A stretch of 64,000 bases of DNA, from positions 736,001-800,000 of the forward strand of contig CAWDVR010000003.1 of the NCBI GenBank assembly GCA_963805975.1. Direction: 5' to 3'. Under the pieces are notes generated by a model. That model ran no database searches and had not been told where the DNA came from. It was given only the letters and a program-made list of their open reading frames with translations. Each line of letters begins with the position of its first letter. The first letter of the stretch is position 1. Shown here one piece after another: positions 10,345-19,984 of this stretch. Source of the DNA: an uncultured Acidobacteriota bacterium (GTDB lineage Bacteria > Acidobacteriota > Thermoanaerobaculia > Multivoradales > SZUA-115). Both the position numbers and the translations under genes were made by a program.

Positions 10345-11298
10345 CTACGGCACCGTCAGGCTCCAGGCGGAGGTGTCCCCGCTCTCGAAGCCGTCGTTGA
10401 AGATCACCTCTACGCAGACGTTCCGGATCGCGCCCTCGTACTCGCCGATCGGGTTGCTGGAGGAGAGGGTGGTGAGGGCGCCGGTCGTGGTGTCGATGGT
10501 GCCGAACCGGTTGGCGCCGCCGCCCTGGTAGGTCCAGGCGTAGAGAGCTCCCGACTCGTTGTCGAAGTCCATCCCCTGTGCGAAGTTGGAATCGAAGCCG
10601 GTCGGCCCCACCAGGGTCACCGCGCCGGTCGCCGGGTTGATGCGGTAGATCGAGTCGGTGGCGACGTCGTGCCCGAACAGCTCGCCCGCGCAGTTCATGG
10701 CGAGGGCGATCATGCCGGTCGAGGTTGCGTCCTGGCCCACCAGGGTGGCCGCTCCGGTGGTGGGGTTGAGGGTGTACAGGCCGTAGGGGACGTTCACGGC
10801 ACTGGCGATGGCGCTCGCATACATCACCCCGGAGACCGGGTCGACGGCCATCCCGCTCCAGAGGTTGTGGCCCGCCACCGAGGGGGTGCTGGTGCCGATG
10901 AGAGAGAAGGCCCCGGTCGTGAGATCGTAGGTGCCGAGCTGGAATGGGCTCGAGTTGAGCGCGTAGAGGGTGGTGGCCGTGGGCTCGAAGTCCGTGGCGA
11001 AGACCTGGTCGGTCACCGAGGCGTCCACGACCGAGAAGCCCGGGAAATTGTTGAGCGCATGGAAGCCGAAGCGGGAGTTCCAGAAGTCCTTGTTGTAGGC
11101 GAGATCGGTGGGAGCCGCGGGTGCGTCCGTCGAGGTTTTTTCCGGTACGACGCAGGGGAAAAGCGAGGGAGTCTCCGCGTCGCCGGAGGTTTCCTGGGGA
11201 GTGCAGCCCAAGAGCTGTGCTCCTCGGGTGGCAGGGCCGGCGGCAAAGAAGAACAGGGTCGACAGGCAGATCATTCTGACTCTGAGGCTCATCCTCAT
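10345..11298 (-). CDS. Secreted beta-propeller-like protein with C-terminal IFxDGFESGD motif
   Basis: Signal peptide; repeated LY.I/LNP.TGA.TLVG blades; ends VIFNDGFESGDTSAWS. Confidence 0.75.
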   Translation of the reverse strand: MRMSLRVRMICLSTLFFFAAGPATRGAQLLGCTPQETSGDAETPSLFPCVVPEKTSTDAPAAPTDLAYNKDFWNSRFGFHALNNFPGFSVVDASVTDQVFATDFEPTATTLYALNSSPFQLGTYDLTTGAFSLIGTSTPSVAGHNLWSGMAVDPVSGVMYASAIASAVNVPYGLYTLNPTTGAATLVGQDATSTGMIALAMNCAGELFGHDVATDSIYRINPATGAVTLVGPTGFDSNFAQGMDFDNESGALYAWTYQGGGANRFGTIDTTTGALTTLSSSNPIGEYEGAIRNVCVEVIFNDGFESGDTSAWSLTVP

Positions 11299-11418
11299 CC
11301 CTCCCGAGGGGGTCGCGAACGCGGAGCAAGAGGCTTCCGAGTTAGAGACGGACGCAGTCGCGGGTTTTCTGCGCCCCAGACCGTCCAGCCGTTCCGGCTC
11401 GGCCGGGGAGTCAGCGCC

Positions 11419-11434
11419 TGGCAGGAGCCTTGCT
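11419..11434 (+). promoter_or_regulatory. sigma54 (-24/-12) promoter
   Basis: TGGCAGGAGCCTTGCT matches TGGCA-N6-TTGC, 48 nt upstream of a small ORF with a strong RBS. Confidence 0.6.
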
Positions 11435-11482
11435 GTGAAGGGGCGCGAGCTAGGCTAGAAACTTCGAACCGAGGAGGGAGCG

Positions 11483-11620
11483 ATGAGCAAGCTGTTGCGA
11501 GGTGTGGTTGCGGGGTACGGAGCGAAGAAGCTCACCGGAGGGTGCGGCTGTACTGCGATCATCGTCTTCATCCTTCTGTGGTGGCTCCTGGGCGAGTCGG
11601 GCATTCAGATCTTCCAGTAA
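11483..11620 (+). CDS. Small 45-aa membrane protein (absent from the ORF track)
   Basis: GAGGAGG RBS; MSKLLRGVVAGYGAKKLTGGCGCTAIIVFILLWWLLGESGIQIFQ; single TM helix; upstream sigma54 box. Confidence 0.7.
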   Translation: MSKLLRGVVAGYGAKKLTGGCGCTAIIVFILLWWLLGESGIQIFQ

Positions 11621-11873
11621 TAGCGCGGCGGCGCGGGACTCGGGCCCTGGGCTGAGCACCGGCGATTTCCAGACCTACTGGCCCATGGGGCCCATGACCC
11701 GCCAGGACTGCTGCAGCGGTGAGGGTGTGGTCTGCCCACCGGGTTATATGCTGGCGGGTCTCGTCGCCTGGGTGCCGCAGGGCGGGTATCTCTCCATCTG
11801 CCCCGACCACGAGCTGGCTGCGCCAGCCGAGAAGTCTCCATCCTGGGCTCGAGCCGCTGGCGGCCAAGGATCG

Positions 11874-13589
11874 CTAGCGCCGCGGCGAGGTGCGCCGGAG
11901 CCTTCGGCTCCAACGCCGTGCCCGCCAGAGCGAACCCACCAGGCAGAGCAGAAAGAAACCGCTGGCAGCGGCGAAGCCGGCCGCGAAAGCCTCGTCCGCT
12001 CGCAGGCGGGCCAGGTAGGCGAGGGCGCCGGTGCCCAGAGCGAAAAGGCCCCAGAGGAGCTGGTGGCCGGCGGCGTAGAGCAGCCGCGCGCCGTCCGCCA
12101 AGCCCTGTACTCCCACCTCGAGCTCGCCGCGCTCCGCCTTGCGGAGTGTGCGCCGGAGATCCTCCGGCAGCGTGAGCACGGAGAGCGCCAGGTCCTTGAC
12201 CACCGAGCGCACGAGGGCCATCCAGTCCCGGCCGGGCATTAGCTCTTCGAGGTACGGCCGCACCACGGTCAGGGGACGCATCTCGGGGTCCAAGTGAGTG
12301 CAGAGGCCCGCCAGCAGGAGGAGTGTCCGTTCGAGGAGGACCCACTCCCGCGGCACCTGGAAGGTGGCGGTCAGCTCGCGGAGCGAGATGTCCAGCCGCG
12401 CGAGGTCGGCCATCATCTCGACCTTGAGCCCGGTGTCGACCCGAATGTCCTTCAGGTTGAAGGACTCGAGCTCGACCGCGGCCAGGAAGCGCGAGTACAC
12501 GTAGTCGATCACCAGCTCCGCGACCTCGCCGCCGTCCGCGCTCCGTGCCACGAAGCCCATGCTCTGGAGCGCCGCCAGGATCTGCTCGCGGTCGCGGCGC
12601 AGGACGCCTTCGAGAAGCCGCGGGATGCCCGCCTTCATGCCGGGCGACAGCCGGGCCACGGCGCCGAAGTCCACGAAGACGATGCCGCCGTCCGCTCGCA
12701 CCAGGATGTTCCCGGGATGCGGGTCCGCGTGGTAGACGCCGTCGCGGAAGATCATCCGGCAGTAGGCGGAGAGCACGCGAACGGCGAGCGCGCGGCGGTC
12801 CAGGCCGAGCGCCGCGAGGGACCCCAGGTCGCTGATCTTCACGCCTTCGACGAAGTGGGTGGTGAGCACTCTCCGGGTCGAGGCCTGGCGCACGACTAAG
12901 GGGAAGCCCACCTCGGGATCGTCCCGGAAGCGGGCAGCGATCTCTTCGATCGAGTCGGCCTCGCGGCCGAAGTCGAGCTCTTCGAGGATCGTCTCGTGGA
13001 CCTGCTCGTAGACCTCGATCAGGCCGCGGATGCCGAGCACCAGCTCCACCACGCCCAGGATGCGGCGGATGGTCGCGAGGTCGCGGCGCGCGGTGTCCTC
13101 GATGTCCAGGTGCTGCACCTTGACCGCCACCCGCCGGCCGTCGGCCAGGGTGGCGGCGTGGACCTGGGCGAGCGAGGCGCTGGCGATCGGCTCGGGGTCG
13201 AAGCTCGCAAAGAGCTCTTCCGGCTCGCCGCCCAGCTCGGAGCGCAGTCGGGCGCGGATCTCGGCCAGGGGCCGCGCCGGGATGCGGTCCTGGAGCGCTT
13301 CGAGCTCGCCGCGGAAGTCTGCCGGCAGGAAGTTCGAGAGGATGCTCAGGAGCTGGCCGACCTTGATGAACAGGCCCTGGACCTCGAGGATCGTCTCCTT
13401 CACCCGGCGGGCGTTGCGGAGGTGGCAGGCGGGGAGCGCCCGCTCACGCCAGGCCGCGCCGCGCACCAGGCCGGCGAGCTTCAGCCAGCCGTAGCTCGCG
13501 AGCACGCGAACTAGGAGCGCATACACCGCGAGCAGCCGGAAGCGCCTCCCGGCCGGCGCTCCGTGGTGCGAGTCGGGGGCGGGTTGCAT
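11874..13589 (-). CDS. AarF/UbiB (ABC1) atypical kinase
   Basis: FIKVGQ, ASASLAQVH, VAVKVQ, ELDF, HADPHPGN, DFG; two C-terminal TM helices. Confidence 0.92.
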   Translation of the reverse strand: MQPAPDSHHGAPAGRRFRLLAVYALLVRVLASYGWLKLAGLVRGAAWRERALPACHLRNARRVKETILEVQGLFIKVGQLLSILSNFLPADFRGELEALQDRIPARPLAEIRARLRSELGGEPEELFASFDPEPIASASLAQVHAATLADGRRVAVKVQHLDIEDTARRDLATIRRILGVVELVLGIRGLIEVYEQVHETILEELDFGREADSIEEIAARFRDDPEVGFPLVVRQASTRRVLTTHFVEGVKISDLGSLAALGLDRRALAVRVLSAYCRMIFRDGVYHADPHPGNILVRADGGIVFVDFGAVARLSPGMKAGIPRLLEGVLRRDREQILAALQSMGFVARSADGGEVAELVIDYVYSRFLAAVELESFNLKDIRVDTGLKVEMMADLARLDISLRELTATFQVPREWVLLERTLLLLAGLCTHLDPEMRPLTVVRPYLEELMPGRDWMALVRSVVKDLALSVLTLPEDLRRTLRKAERGELEVGVQGLADGARLLYAAGHQLLWGLFALGTGALAYLARLRADEAFAAGFAAASGFFLLCLVGSLWRARRWSRRLRRTSPRR

Positions 13590-13678
13590 GACGATCCTCG
13601 GAATTGCGTTGGCTACGGGTACAAGGCGATGATCGCACGGGTTTCGAGCCGCCGACCTCTCACCAAGGGAGCAATTCG

Positions 13679-14665
13679 ATGAAGACACGCGAGCTGGGGC
13701 GGAGCGGGCTGGCCGTCTCCGCCATAGGGTTGGGATGCATGGGGATGTCCGAGTTCTACGGGCCGAGCGACGAGGCGGAGTCGCTCGCCACGCTCGACCA
13801 CGCCCTCGGGATCGGCGTCACCTTCTGGGACACCGCCGACATGTACGGTAGCGGGCACAACGAGGAGCTCTTGGGCCGGGCGCTGGCCGGGCGCCGCGAG
13901 CAGGTGGTGCTGGCGACCAAGTTCGGCAACGTCCGGGGCGAGGGCGGCTCGTTTCTCGGCGTCGACGGCAGCCCGGACTACGTGCGCCGGGCCTGCGACG
14001 CGAGCCTCGCGCGGCTCAAGGTCGAGACGATCGACCTCTACTATCAGCACCGGGTGGACCCCAAGGTGCCGATCGAGGACACGGTCGGCGCCATGGCGGA
14101 GCTGGTAGGAGCGGGCAAGGTCCGCCATCTGGGCCTCTCGGAAGCCGGTGCCGAGACCCTGCGGCGGGCGGCGGCCGTGCATCCCATCGCGGCGCTCCAG
14201 ACCGAGTACTCGTTGTGGACCCGCGACCTCGAAGCCGAGATCCTGCCCACCTGCCGTGAGCTCGGCATTGGTCTCGTGGCCTACAGCCCGCTCGGCCGTG
14301 GATTCCTGACCGGCGGCTTCAAGAGCGTCGAGGACCTCGCCGAGAACGACTGGCGGCGCAATCACCCGCGCTTCCAGGGCGAGAACTTCGAGCACAACCG
14401 GCGGCTGGTCGCGCGCATCGAGGAGATCGCGGCCGAGAAGGGCTCGACCCCGGCACAGCTCGCGCTCGCCTGGCTGCTGGCCCAGGGCCGGGACGTGGTG
14501 CCGATCCCGGGCACGCGCCGCCGCTCGCGGCTGGACGAGAACGCCGCGGCCACCGAGCTCGAGCTCACCGCCGCCGACCTGGCGCGGATCGGCGAGGTGC
14601 TGGAGCACAGCTCGGTGGCGGGGACGCGCTACCCGGCAGCGGCGATGGCGGCGTTGGGGCGCTGA
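13679..14665 (+). CDS. Aldo/keto reductase
   Basis: [39 protein letters not shown]. Confidence 0.95.
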   Translation: MKTRELGRSGLAVSAIGLGCMGMSEFYGPSDEAESLATLDHALGIGVTFWDTADMYGSGHNEELLGRALAGRREQVVLATKFGNVRGEGGSFLGVDGSPDYVRRACDASLARLKVETIDLYYQHRVDPKVPIEDTVGAMAELVGAGKVRHLGLSEAGAETLRRAAAVHPIAALQTEYSLWTRDLEAEILPTCRELGIGLVAYSPLGRGFLTGGFKSVEDLAENDWRRNHPRFQGENFEHNRRLVARIEEIAAEKGSTPAQLALAWLLAQGRDVVPIPGTRRRSRLDENAAATELELTAADLARIGEVLEHSSVAGTRYPAAAMAALGR

Positions 14666-14720
14666 GCTAGGGGCCGAAAGCGAGAGGGTCGGTCCGTCTC
14701 ACGAGACGGAGGAGATCCTC

Positions 14721-15863
14721 ATGCACCGGAGAAACCTCATTGCGCTCGCCGGCCTGATCCTGGTCCCCGCGAGCTTGACGGCCGCGGAGGTGGTTCCCCC
14801 GCCAGCGCCAGACGCCACCCCACAGCGTCAGGCCAAGCCCGTGGCGACGATCGTCTCGGTCGCGCCGGGGACGTTCGCGCTCGGAGACGCGCTGACCTTC
14901 GAGGTCACCGGTCTCGAGAACCTCTGCCCGGACCGCACCCCGGACCAGAAGCTCCGCCTCTTCCTCAACGGCCGGGCGCTCCCCGGGATCGTGGGCGAGC
15001 CCGAGGCGGCCAACCGCCTGCGTTTCAAGCTCGAGCCGATCTGGGCGCTCGAGGAGACGGATGGCGAGCCGAACGTCTGGGCCAAGCTGGTCTCCGGCTC
15101 GCTCCTCCGCAACCGGGTGCGCAAGGTCCAGGCGAGCCTCGGCTACGAGGCCTGTGCGGACGGCGCCGGGGTGCAGACCCCGCCCAAGGACTTGCAGTTC
15201 GTGGTGCTCCGCGACGCATGGCTGTGGACCTGGGTCGCGAGCATGGTGGTGATCGTCGGGCTCACTTTCTGGCTCGGCCGGCGGACGCCGCTGCTGCGGG
15301 AGAAAGGTGCCGCGGGGCCCTTCAGCCTGGCCCGCGTGCAGATGGCCTTCTGGACGGTCCTGGCGCTCGGCGCCTTCCTGCTCATCCTCGTCTCCACCGG
15401 CTTCGTCGCCAGTCTCAGCAACGACGTCCTGACCTTGCTCGGCATCAGTGCGGCCACCGGTCTCGGCGCCGCGGTGGTGGACGCCGGCAAGGAGGCGCAG
15501 GTCGAACGGAAGACGATGCTCGAGCGACAGAGCAAGGCCCTCGATCGAGCCGCCCAGTCCGCCGGAGGCCCGACCTCCGAGATGCTCGAGCAGCAGCGGA
15601 AAGTCGCGGTCGAGCTGGCGCAGGTGCCGGCCCTCGTGGGCCAGACCCGGCGGAGCTTCTTCGCCGACATCCTCCAGGACGAGAACGGCTACAGCATCTA
15701 TCGCTTGCAGTTCGTCCTCTGGACGCTGGTCCTCGGCGGCTACTTCCTCTACGCGGTGGTCAGCCGGCTGATCATGCCTTCCTTCGGACCGCAGCTCCTG
15801 ACCTTGATGGGGCTGAGCTCGGGGACCTACGTTTCGCTCAAGACTCAGGAGAAGCAGGTCTGA
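14721..15863 (+). CDS. Hypothetical membrane protein with signal peptide and duplicated two-helix membrane module
   Basis: Strong RBS; FSLARVQMAFWT...LLGISAAT and YSIYRLQFVLWT...LMGLSSGT repeats. Confidence 0.75.
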   Translation: MHRRNLIALAGLILVPASLTAAEVVPPPAPDATPQRQAKPVATIVSVAPGTFALGDALTFEVTGLENLCPDRTPDQKLRLFLNGRALPGIVGEPEAANRLRFKLEPIWALEETDGEPNVWAKLVSGSLLRNRVRKVQASLGYEACADGAGVQTPPKDLQFVVLRDAWLWTWVASMVVIVGLTFWLGRRTPLLREKGAAGPFSLARVQMAFWTVLALGAFLLILVSTGFVASLSNDVLTLLGISAATGLGAAVVDAGKEAQVERKTMLERQSKALDRAAQSAGGPTSEMLEQQRKVAVELAQVPALVGQTRRSFFADILQDENGYSIYRLQFVLWTLVLGGYFLYAVVSRLIMPSFGPQLLTLMGLSSGTYVSLKTQEKQV

Positions 15864-15926
15864 GCTTCCGCCGACCCGTAACCCGGCCGTAACGTCCCCG
15901 CCCTGCCGCGACGCTAGCGTTGCCGC

Positions 15927-16736
15927 ATGGTGAATGACACGACTGAGCGGGGAATCCGTGGTTGCGAGGCCCTGGACGAGCGCCGGGCGCAGGCGCCGAA
16001 GCTGTCCGTGAGGCTGGCTGCGAGCTGGGACGAGGTCAGCCAGTCGCAAGCGCTGCGCCACCGCGTGTTCGCGGTCGAGAAGGGGGCACGGCTGATGGGC
16101 CCGCGGCCGGGGCTCGACGAGGACCGATTCGATCGCTTCTGCGACCACCTGCTGGTGCGGGACGCGGCCGGGGCGGTAGTGGCATCGACACGCCTGCTCT
16201 CGGACGTCGCGGCGGTCCGCGCCGGCGGCTACTACTCCGAGACCGAGTTCGAGATCGACCCGGTGCTGAAGCTGCCCGGCCGCATCCTGGAGGTCGGCCG
16301 CACCTGCGTGGCCGAGGGCCACCGCAACGGTGCCACCATCGCGGTGCTGTGGTGCGGCCTCGCGGCCTACCTGGAGGCTCATGGCTTCGACTACCTGATC
16401 GGCTGCGCCTCGATCGACCTGGCGGATGGCGGTTTCGGGGCGCAGACGCTGATCCATCGCCTGCGGCGCGAGCACTCTTCGCCGACGGCGCTCCGCGTCC
16501 GGCCGCGGCGACCCTGGCACGGGCCGGCCTATCCCCGGGAGAGTGAGGAGGTCCGCGTGCCGCCCCTCCTCAAGGCCTACGTGCGGCTGGGCGCGTGGGT
16601 CTGCGGTGAGCCCGCCTGGGACCCGGGCTTCGGCAGCGCGGACCTCTTCATCCTCCTCGACGCCAAGCGGCTCGAGAGCCGCTACGCACGGCATTTCGTG
16701 GAGCGCAAGCGGGGGGCGCTCGAAGCCGCGGCCTGA
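15927..16736 (+). CDS. olsB: GNAT-family N-acyltransferase, ornithine N-acyltransferase OlsB-like
   Basis: LRHRVF, D.DRFDRFCDHLLV, GGYYSETEF, LEVGRTCV...HR, PPLLKAYVRLGA...PAWDP.F; adjacent to a PlsC-type gene. Confidence 0.75.
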   Translation: MVNDTTERGIRGCEALDERRAQAPKLSVRLAASWDEVSQSQALRHRVFAVEKGARLMGPRPGLDEDRFDRFCDHLLVRDAAGAVVASTRLLSDVAAVRAGGYYSETEFEIDPVLKLPGRILEVGRTCVAEGHRNGATIAVLWCGLAAYLEAHGFDYLIGCASIDLADGGFGAQTLIHRLRREHSSPTALRVRPRRPWHGPAYPRESEEVRVPPLLKAYVRLGAWVCGEPAWDPGFGSADLFILLDAKRLESRYARHFVERKRGALEAAA

Positions 16737-16843
16737 GCCTCCACTCCTACGTCGGGAAACCAGCCTCCGCGCGGTGAGCATGATCTCGCCGCGTGCGGCG
16801 CCGGTGCGCTACCATCGGCCGACAACGGACTCGACGCGGGCGG

Positions 16844-17689
16844 ATGACCACGGACACCCAGGCCAAGCCGGCTACCGGCCCTCTCGCGACGATCCACAGC
16901 GCTGCGCCGGGGAGGCTCGCCTCGCTCGCACGAAGCCTCCGCGGCACGATCCGCCTCTTGGCCCTGGTGGCCCACGTCCTGTCCGGCTGCGTCATCGCGG
17001 GAACGAGCATGCTGCGCTGGCTCCTGGGCCGGCGCTCGCTCGTGCCCTACCCGCGGGGCGTCCGCTGGTGGATGGCGCGCTGCTGCCGCGTGCTGCACGT
17101 GAAGGTCCGAGCAGTGGGGGAGCCCGCGACACGATCCGGGCTGGTGGTCGCCAACCACGTCTCCTGGCTGGACATCCCGGTCCTGGGCGGGCTGGCGCAC
17201 ATCGTCTTCCTGTCCAAGGCGGAGATCCGCAGTTGGCCGGTGATCGGCTGGATGGCGGCGGGCGGAGGCACGATCTTCATCCCGCGCGGCGCCCACCAGG
17301 CCGGTGCCGTGGCCGGTGAGATCGCCTCGCGCCTCGCGGAGGGGGCCAGCAACGTCCTCGTCTTTCCCGAGGGCACGACCACCAACGGCAGCTACCTGCG
17401 GCCCTTCTACCCCCGGCTCTTCGCCTGCTTGCAGGCCCCCGAGCTCAGCCGTACGGCGGTCACCGTGCAGCCGGTCGCGATCCGCTACCTCCACCCGGGC
17501 GGCGTTCATCCCGTGGCGCCGTTCATCGATGACGAGTCCTTTCCCTCCCACCTCCGGCGGGTGTTGGCCGAGCGCGAGATCGAGGTGGAGGTGCGCTTCT
17601 GCCCACCCTTCGACACCGCCGGTCTCGACCGCAAGAGCGTGGCGCAGGAGGCCCGCCGCGCCATCCTCGCCGCCCTACAGATCGAGTAG
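16844..17689 (+). CDS. olsA: Lysophospholipid/lyso-ornithine-lipid O-acyltransferase (PlsC/OlsA family)
   Basis: ANHVSWLD (HX4D), FLSKAEI, FPEGTT; follows the olsB-like gene. Confidence 0.7.
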   Translation: MTTDTQAKPATGPLATIHSAAPGRLASLARSLRGTIRLLALVAHVLSGCVIAGTSMLRWLLGRRSLVPYPRGVRWWMARCCRVLHVKVRAVGEPATRSGLVVANHVSWLDIPVLGGLAHIVFLSKAEIRSWPVIGWMAAGGGTIFIPRGAHQAGAVAGEIASRLAEGASNVLVFPEGTTTNGSYLRPFYPRLFACLQAPELSRTAVTVQPVAIRYLHPGGVHPVAPFIDDESFPSHLRRVLAEREIEVEVRFCPPFDTAGLDRKSVAQEARRAILAALQIE

Positions 17690-17714
17690 AGGGATGCAAT
17701 AGACTGCGCCGGCC

Positions 17715-18563
17715 ATGGACCTCGGCCGGCTCAAGCTGACCCCCCTGCCCGACGGTGAGTTCCGCCTCGACGGCGGCGCGATGTTCGGCGTCGTGCCGCG
17801 CGTGATGTGGGAGAAGAAGAAGCCGCCGGACGAACGCAACCGCATCCGCATGACCACCAACTGCCTGCTGGTCGAGGCGGGCGACGAGCTGCTGCTGGTG
17901 GACACCGGGGTGGGGGACAAGGGCGACGACAAGTTCAACGACCAGTTCGCTGTGGGGGAGGGGGGCGGCCGGCTGCCCGAGCGGCTGGCCCGCGCCGGCT
18001 TCGCCCCCGAAGACGTGACCCAGGTGCTCCTGACCCACCTCCACTTCGACCACTGCGGCTGGAGCACGCGGCTCGACGGCGGCCGGCTGGTGCCGACCTT
18101 CCCGCGGGCCCGCTACTGGATCTCGGCCGGCGAGCTCGAGCACGCGCGGCGGCCCAACGCCCGCGACCGCGCGAGCTACGACCCGCGCAACTGGGAGCCG
18201 CTCTTCGAGGCCGGGTTGGTGGAACTGTTCGCAGACGAGGCGGAGCCGGTGCCGGGCGTCAAGGCGGTCAAGGCCCCGGGGCACAACGCCGACATGTGCA
18301 TCGTGCTCCTGGACGGCGGCGGCGCCGGGAAGGCCGCCTTCTGGGCGGACCTGGTGCCCACCGCGGCGCACGTGCCGTCGCCGTGGATCATGAGCTACGA
18401 TCTCTATCCCATAGAGACCCTGGCGGCGAAGGAGCAGTGGCTGCCCCGGGCCGCCGCCGAGGGCTGGATCTCGATCTTCGAGCACGACCCGGAGACGCCC
18501 ATGGCACGGCTGGTGGCGGACGACAAGGGGCGGATCGCGCCACAGCCGATCGACGACCCGTGA
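17715..18563 (+). CDS. MBL-fold metallo-hydrolase (YtnP-like)
   Basis: LDGGAMFGVVP, THLHFDHCG, PGH, DLVPT, FEHD. Confidence 0.9.
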   Translation: MDLGRLKLTPLPDGEFRLDGGAMFGVVPRVMWEKKKPPDERNRIRMTTNCLLVEAGDELLLVDTGVGDKGDDKFNDQFAVGEGGGRLPERLARAGFAPEDVTQVLLTHLHFDHCGWSTRLDGGRLVPTFPRARYWISAGELEHARRPNARDRASYDPRNWEPLFEAGLVELFADEAEPVPGVKAVKAPGHNADMCIVLLDGGGAGKAAFWADLVPTAAHVPSPWIMSYDLYPIETLAAKEQWLPRAAAEGWISIFEHDPETPMARLVADDKGRIAPQPIDDP

Positions 18564-18576
18564 GGCTGGAGGAACG

Positions 18577-19971
18577 ATGCCCGAAGACTTCGACCTGATC
18601 ATCGTGGGCAGCGGCCCGGGCGGCTACGTGGCCGGCATCAAGGCCGGCCAGCTCGGCATGAAGGTGGCCGTGGTCGAGAAAGACCCGAAGCTCGGCGGCA
18701 CCTGCCTGCACCGCGGCTGCATCCCCACCAAGGCCCTGCTCCACACCGCCGAGTTCCTCGACCAGGCGAAGAAGGCCGAGAGCTTCGGCGTGCTGCTCGA
18801 CAACCCCCACCTCGACCTCGGCAAGGCGCAGCAGTACAAGCAGAAGGTGGTGGACAAGAACGCCAAGGGCATCGAGTTCCTGTTCAAGAAGAACAAGGTG
18901 ACGTGGCTCCAGGGCCACGGCCGCTTCACCGGCGCGAACGAGGTGACGGTGGAGGGTGGCGCCGGGGCGGGGACCTACCGTGCCAAGAACTTGATGGTCG
19001 CCACCGGCTCCGTGCCGCGGGACATTCCGCTGGCGCCGGCTGACGGCGAGCGCGTCATCAACTCGGACCACATCCTCGAGCTCTCGCGCCTGCCCGCGTC
19101 GCTCGCCGTCCTGGGCGCCGGCGCCGTGGGCACCGAGTTCGCGTCGATGTACGCCTCCTTCGGCAGCAAGGTGACGCTGATCGAGATGCTGCCCCGCATC
19201 CTGCCGATCGAGGACGAAGAGGTCTCGGCCGAGCTGCACAAGGCGCTGCGCAAGCGGGGCATCAACGTGCTGGTGGGCACCAAGCTCACCGAGGCGCGGA
19301 AGGAAGGCACCGGCGTGGTGCTGGGGCTCGAGAAGGACGGCCAGGCTTCCTCTCTCGAGGCCGAGATGCTGCTGGTCGCGGTAGGCCGGGCGCCGGTGAC
19401 GGCGGACCTCGGGCTCGAGGCGCTGGGCGTCGAGATCGAGCGCGGCTACCTCAAGGTCAACGGCTTCATGCAGACCGCGGTGCCGTCGATCTACGCCATC
19501 GGCGACGTGGTGCCGACGCCGTGGCTCGCCCACATCGCCTCGGCCGAGGGCATCCTCGCTGTGGAGCACATGGCCGGCCTCGCCGCACGGCCGCTCAACT
19601 ACGACCTGACACCGTCCTGCACCTACTGCGAGCCGGAGGTCGGCAGCGTGGGCCTCACCGAGGCGAAAGCCAGGGAGCGCGGCTACGACGTGGCGATAGG
19701 CAAGTTCCCGTTCTCCGCCCTCGCCAAGGCGGCGATCCTCGGCAAGACCGAGGGCTTCGTCAAAGTGGTGCGCGAGAAGAAGTACGACGAGCTCCTGGGA
19801 GTGCACATCATCGGCCCGCATGCCACGGACCTGATCGCCGAGGCCTGCGTGGCGCTCTCCGTCGAGTCCACCACCGAAGAGCTGTTCCGCGCCATCCACG
19901 CCCATCCGACGCTCTCCGAGGCGATGGCCGAGGCCGCGCACGCGGCGGTGGGCCACGCGATCCATGTTTGA
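18577..19971 (+). CDS. lpdA: Dihydrolipoamide dehydrogenase (E3)
   Basis: GSGPGGY, GGTCLHRGCIP, AIGD, HAHPTLSE. Confidence 0.97.
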   Translation: MPEDFDLIIVGSGPGGYVAGIKAGQLGMKVAVVEKDPKLGGTCLHRGCIPTKALLHTAEFLDQAKKAESFGVLLDNPHLDLGKAQQYKQKVVDKNAKGIEFLFKKNKVTWLQGHGRFTGANEVTVEGGAGAGTYRAKNLMVATGSVPRDIPLAPADGERVINSDHILELSRLPASLAVLGAGAVGTEFASMYASFGSKVTLIEMLPRILPIEDEEVSAELHKALRKRGINVLVGTKLTEARKEGTGVVLGLEKDGQASSLEAEMLLVAVGRAPVTADLGLEALGVEIERGYLKVNGFMQTAVPSIYAIGDVVPTPWLAHIASAEGILAVEHMAGLAARPLNYDLTPSCTYCEPEVGSVGLTEAKARERGYDVAIGKFPFSALAKAAILGKTEGFVKVVREKKYDELLGVHIIGPHATDLIAEACVALSVESTTEELFRAIHAHPTLSEAMAEAAHAAVGHAIHV

Positions 19972-19984
19972 GCCGGGAAACTGA

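Noticed and set aside
11640-11870. Cys-rich reading frame (QDCCSGEGVVCPPGY) as a RiPP precursor
   Set aside because: No RBS, no modification enzymes nearby, and the frame runs antisense into the UbiB gene; at most a gene remnant.
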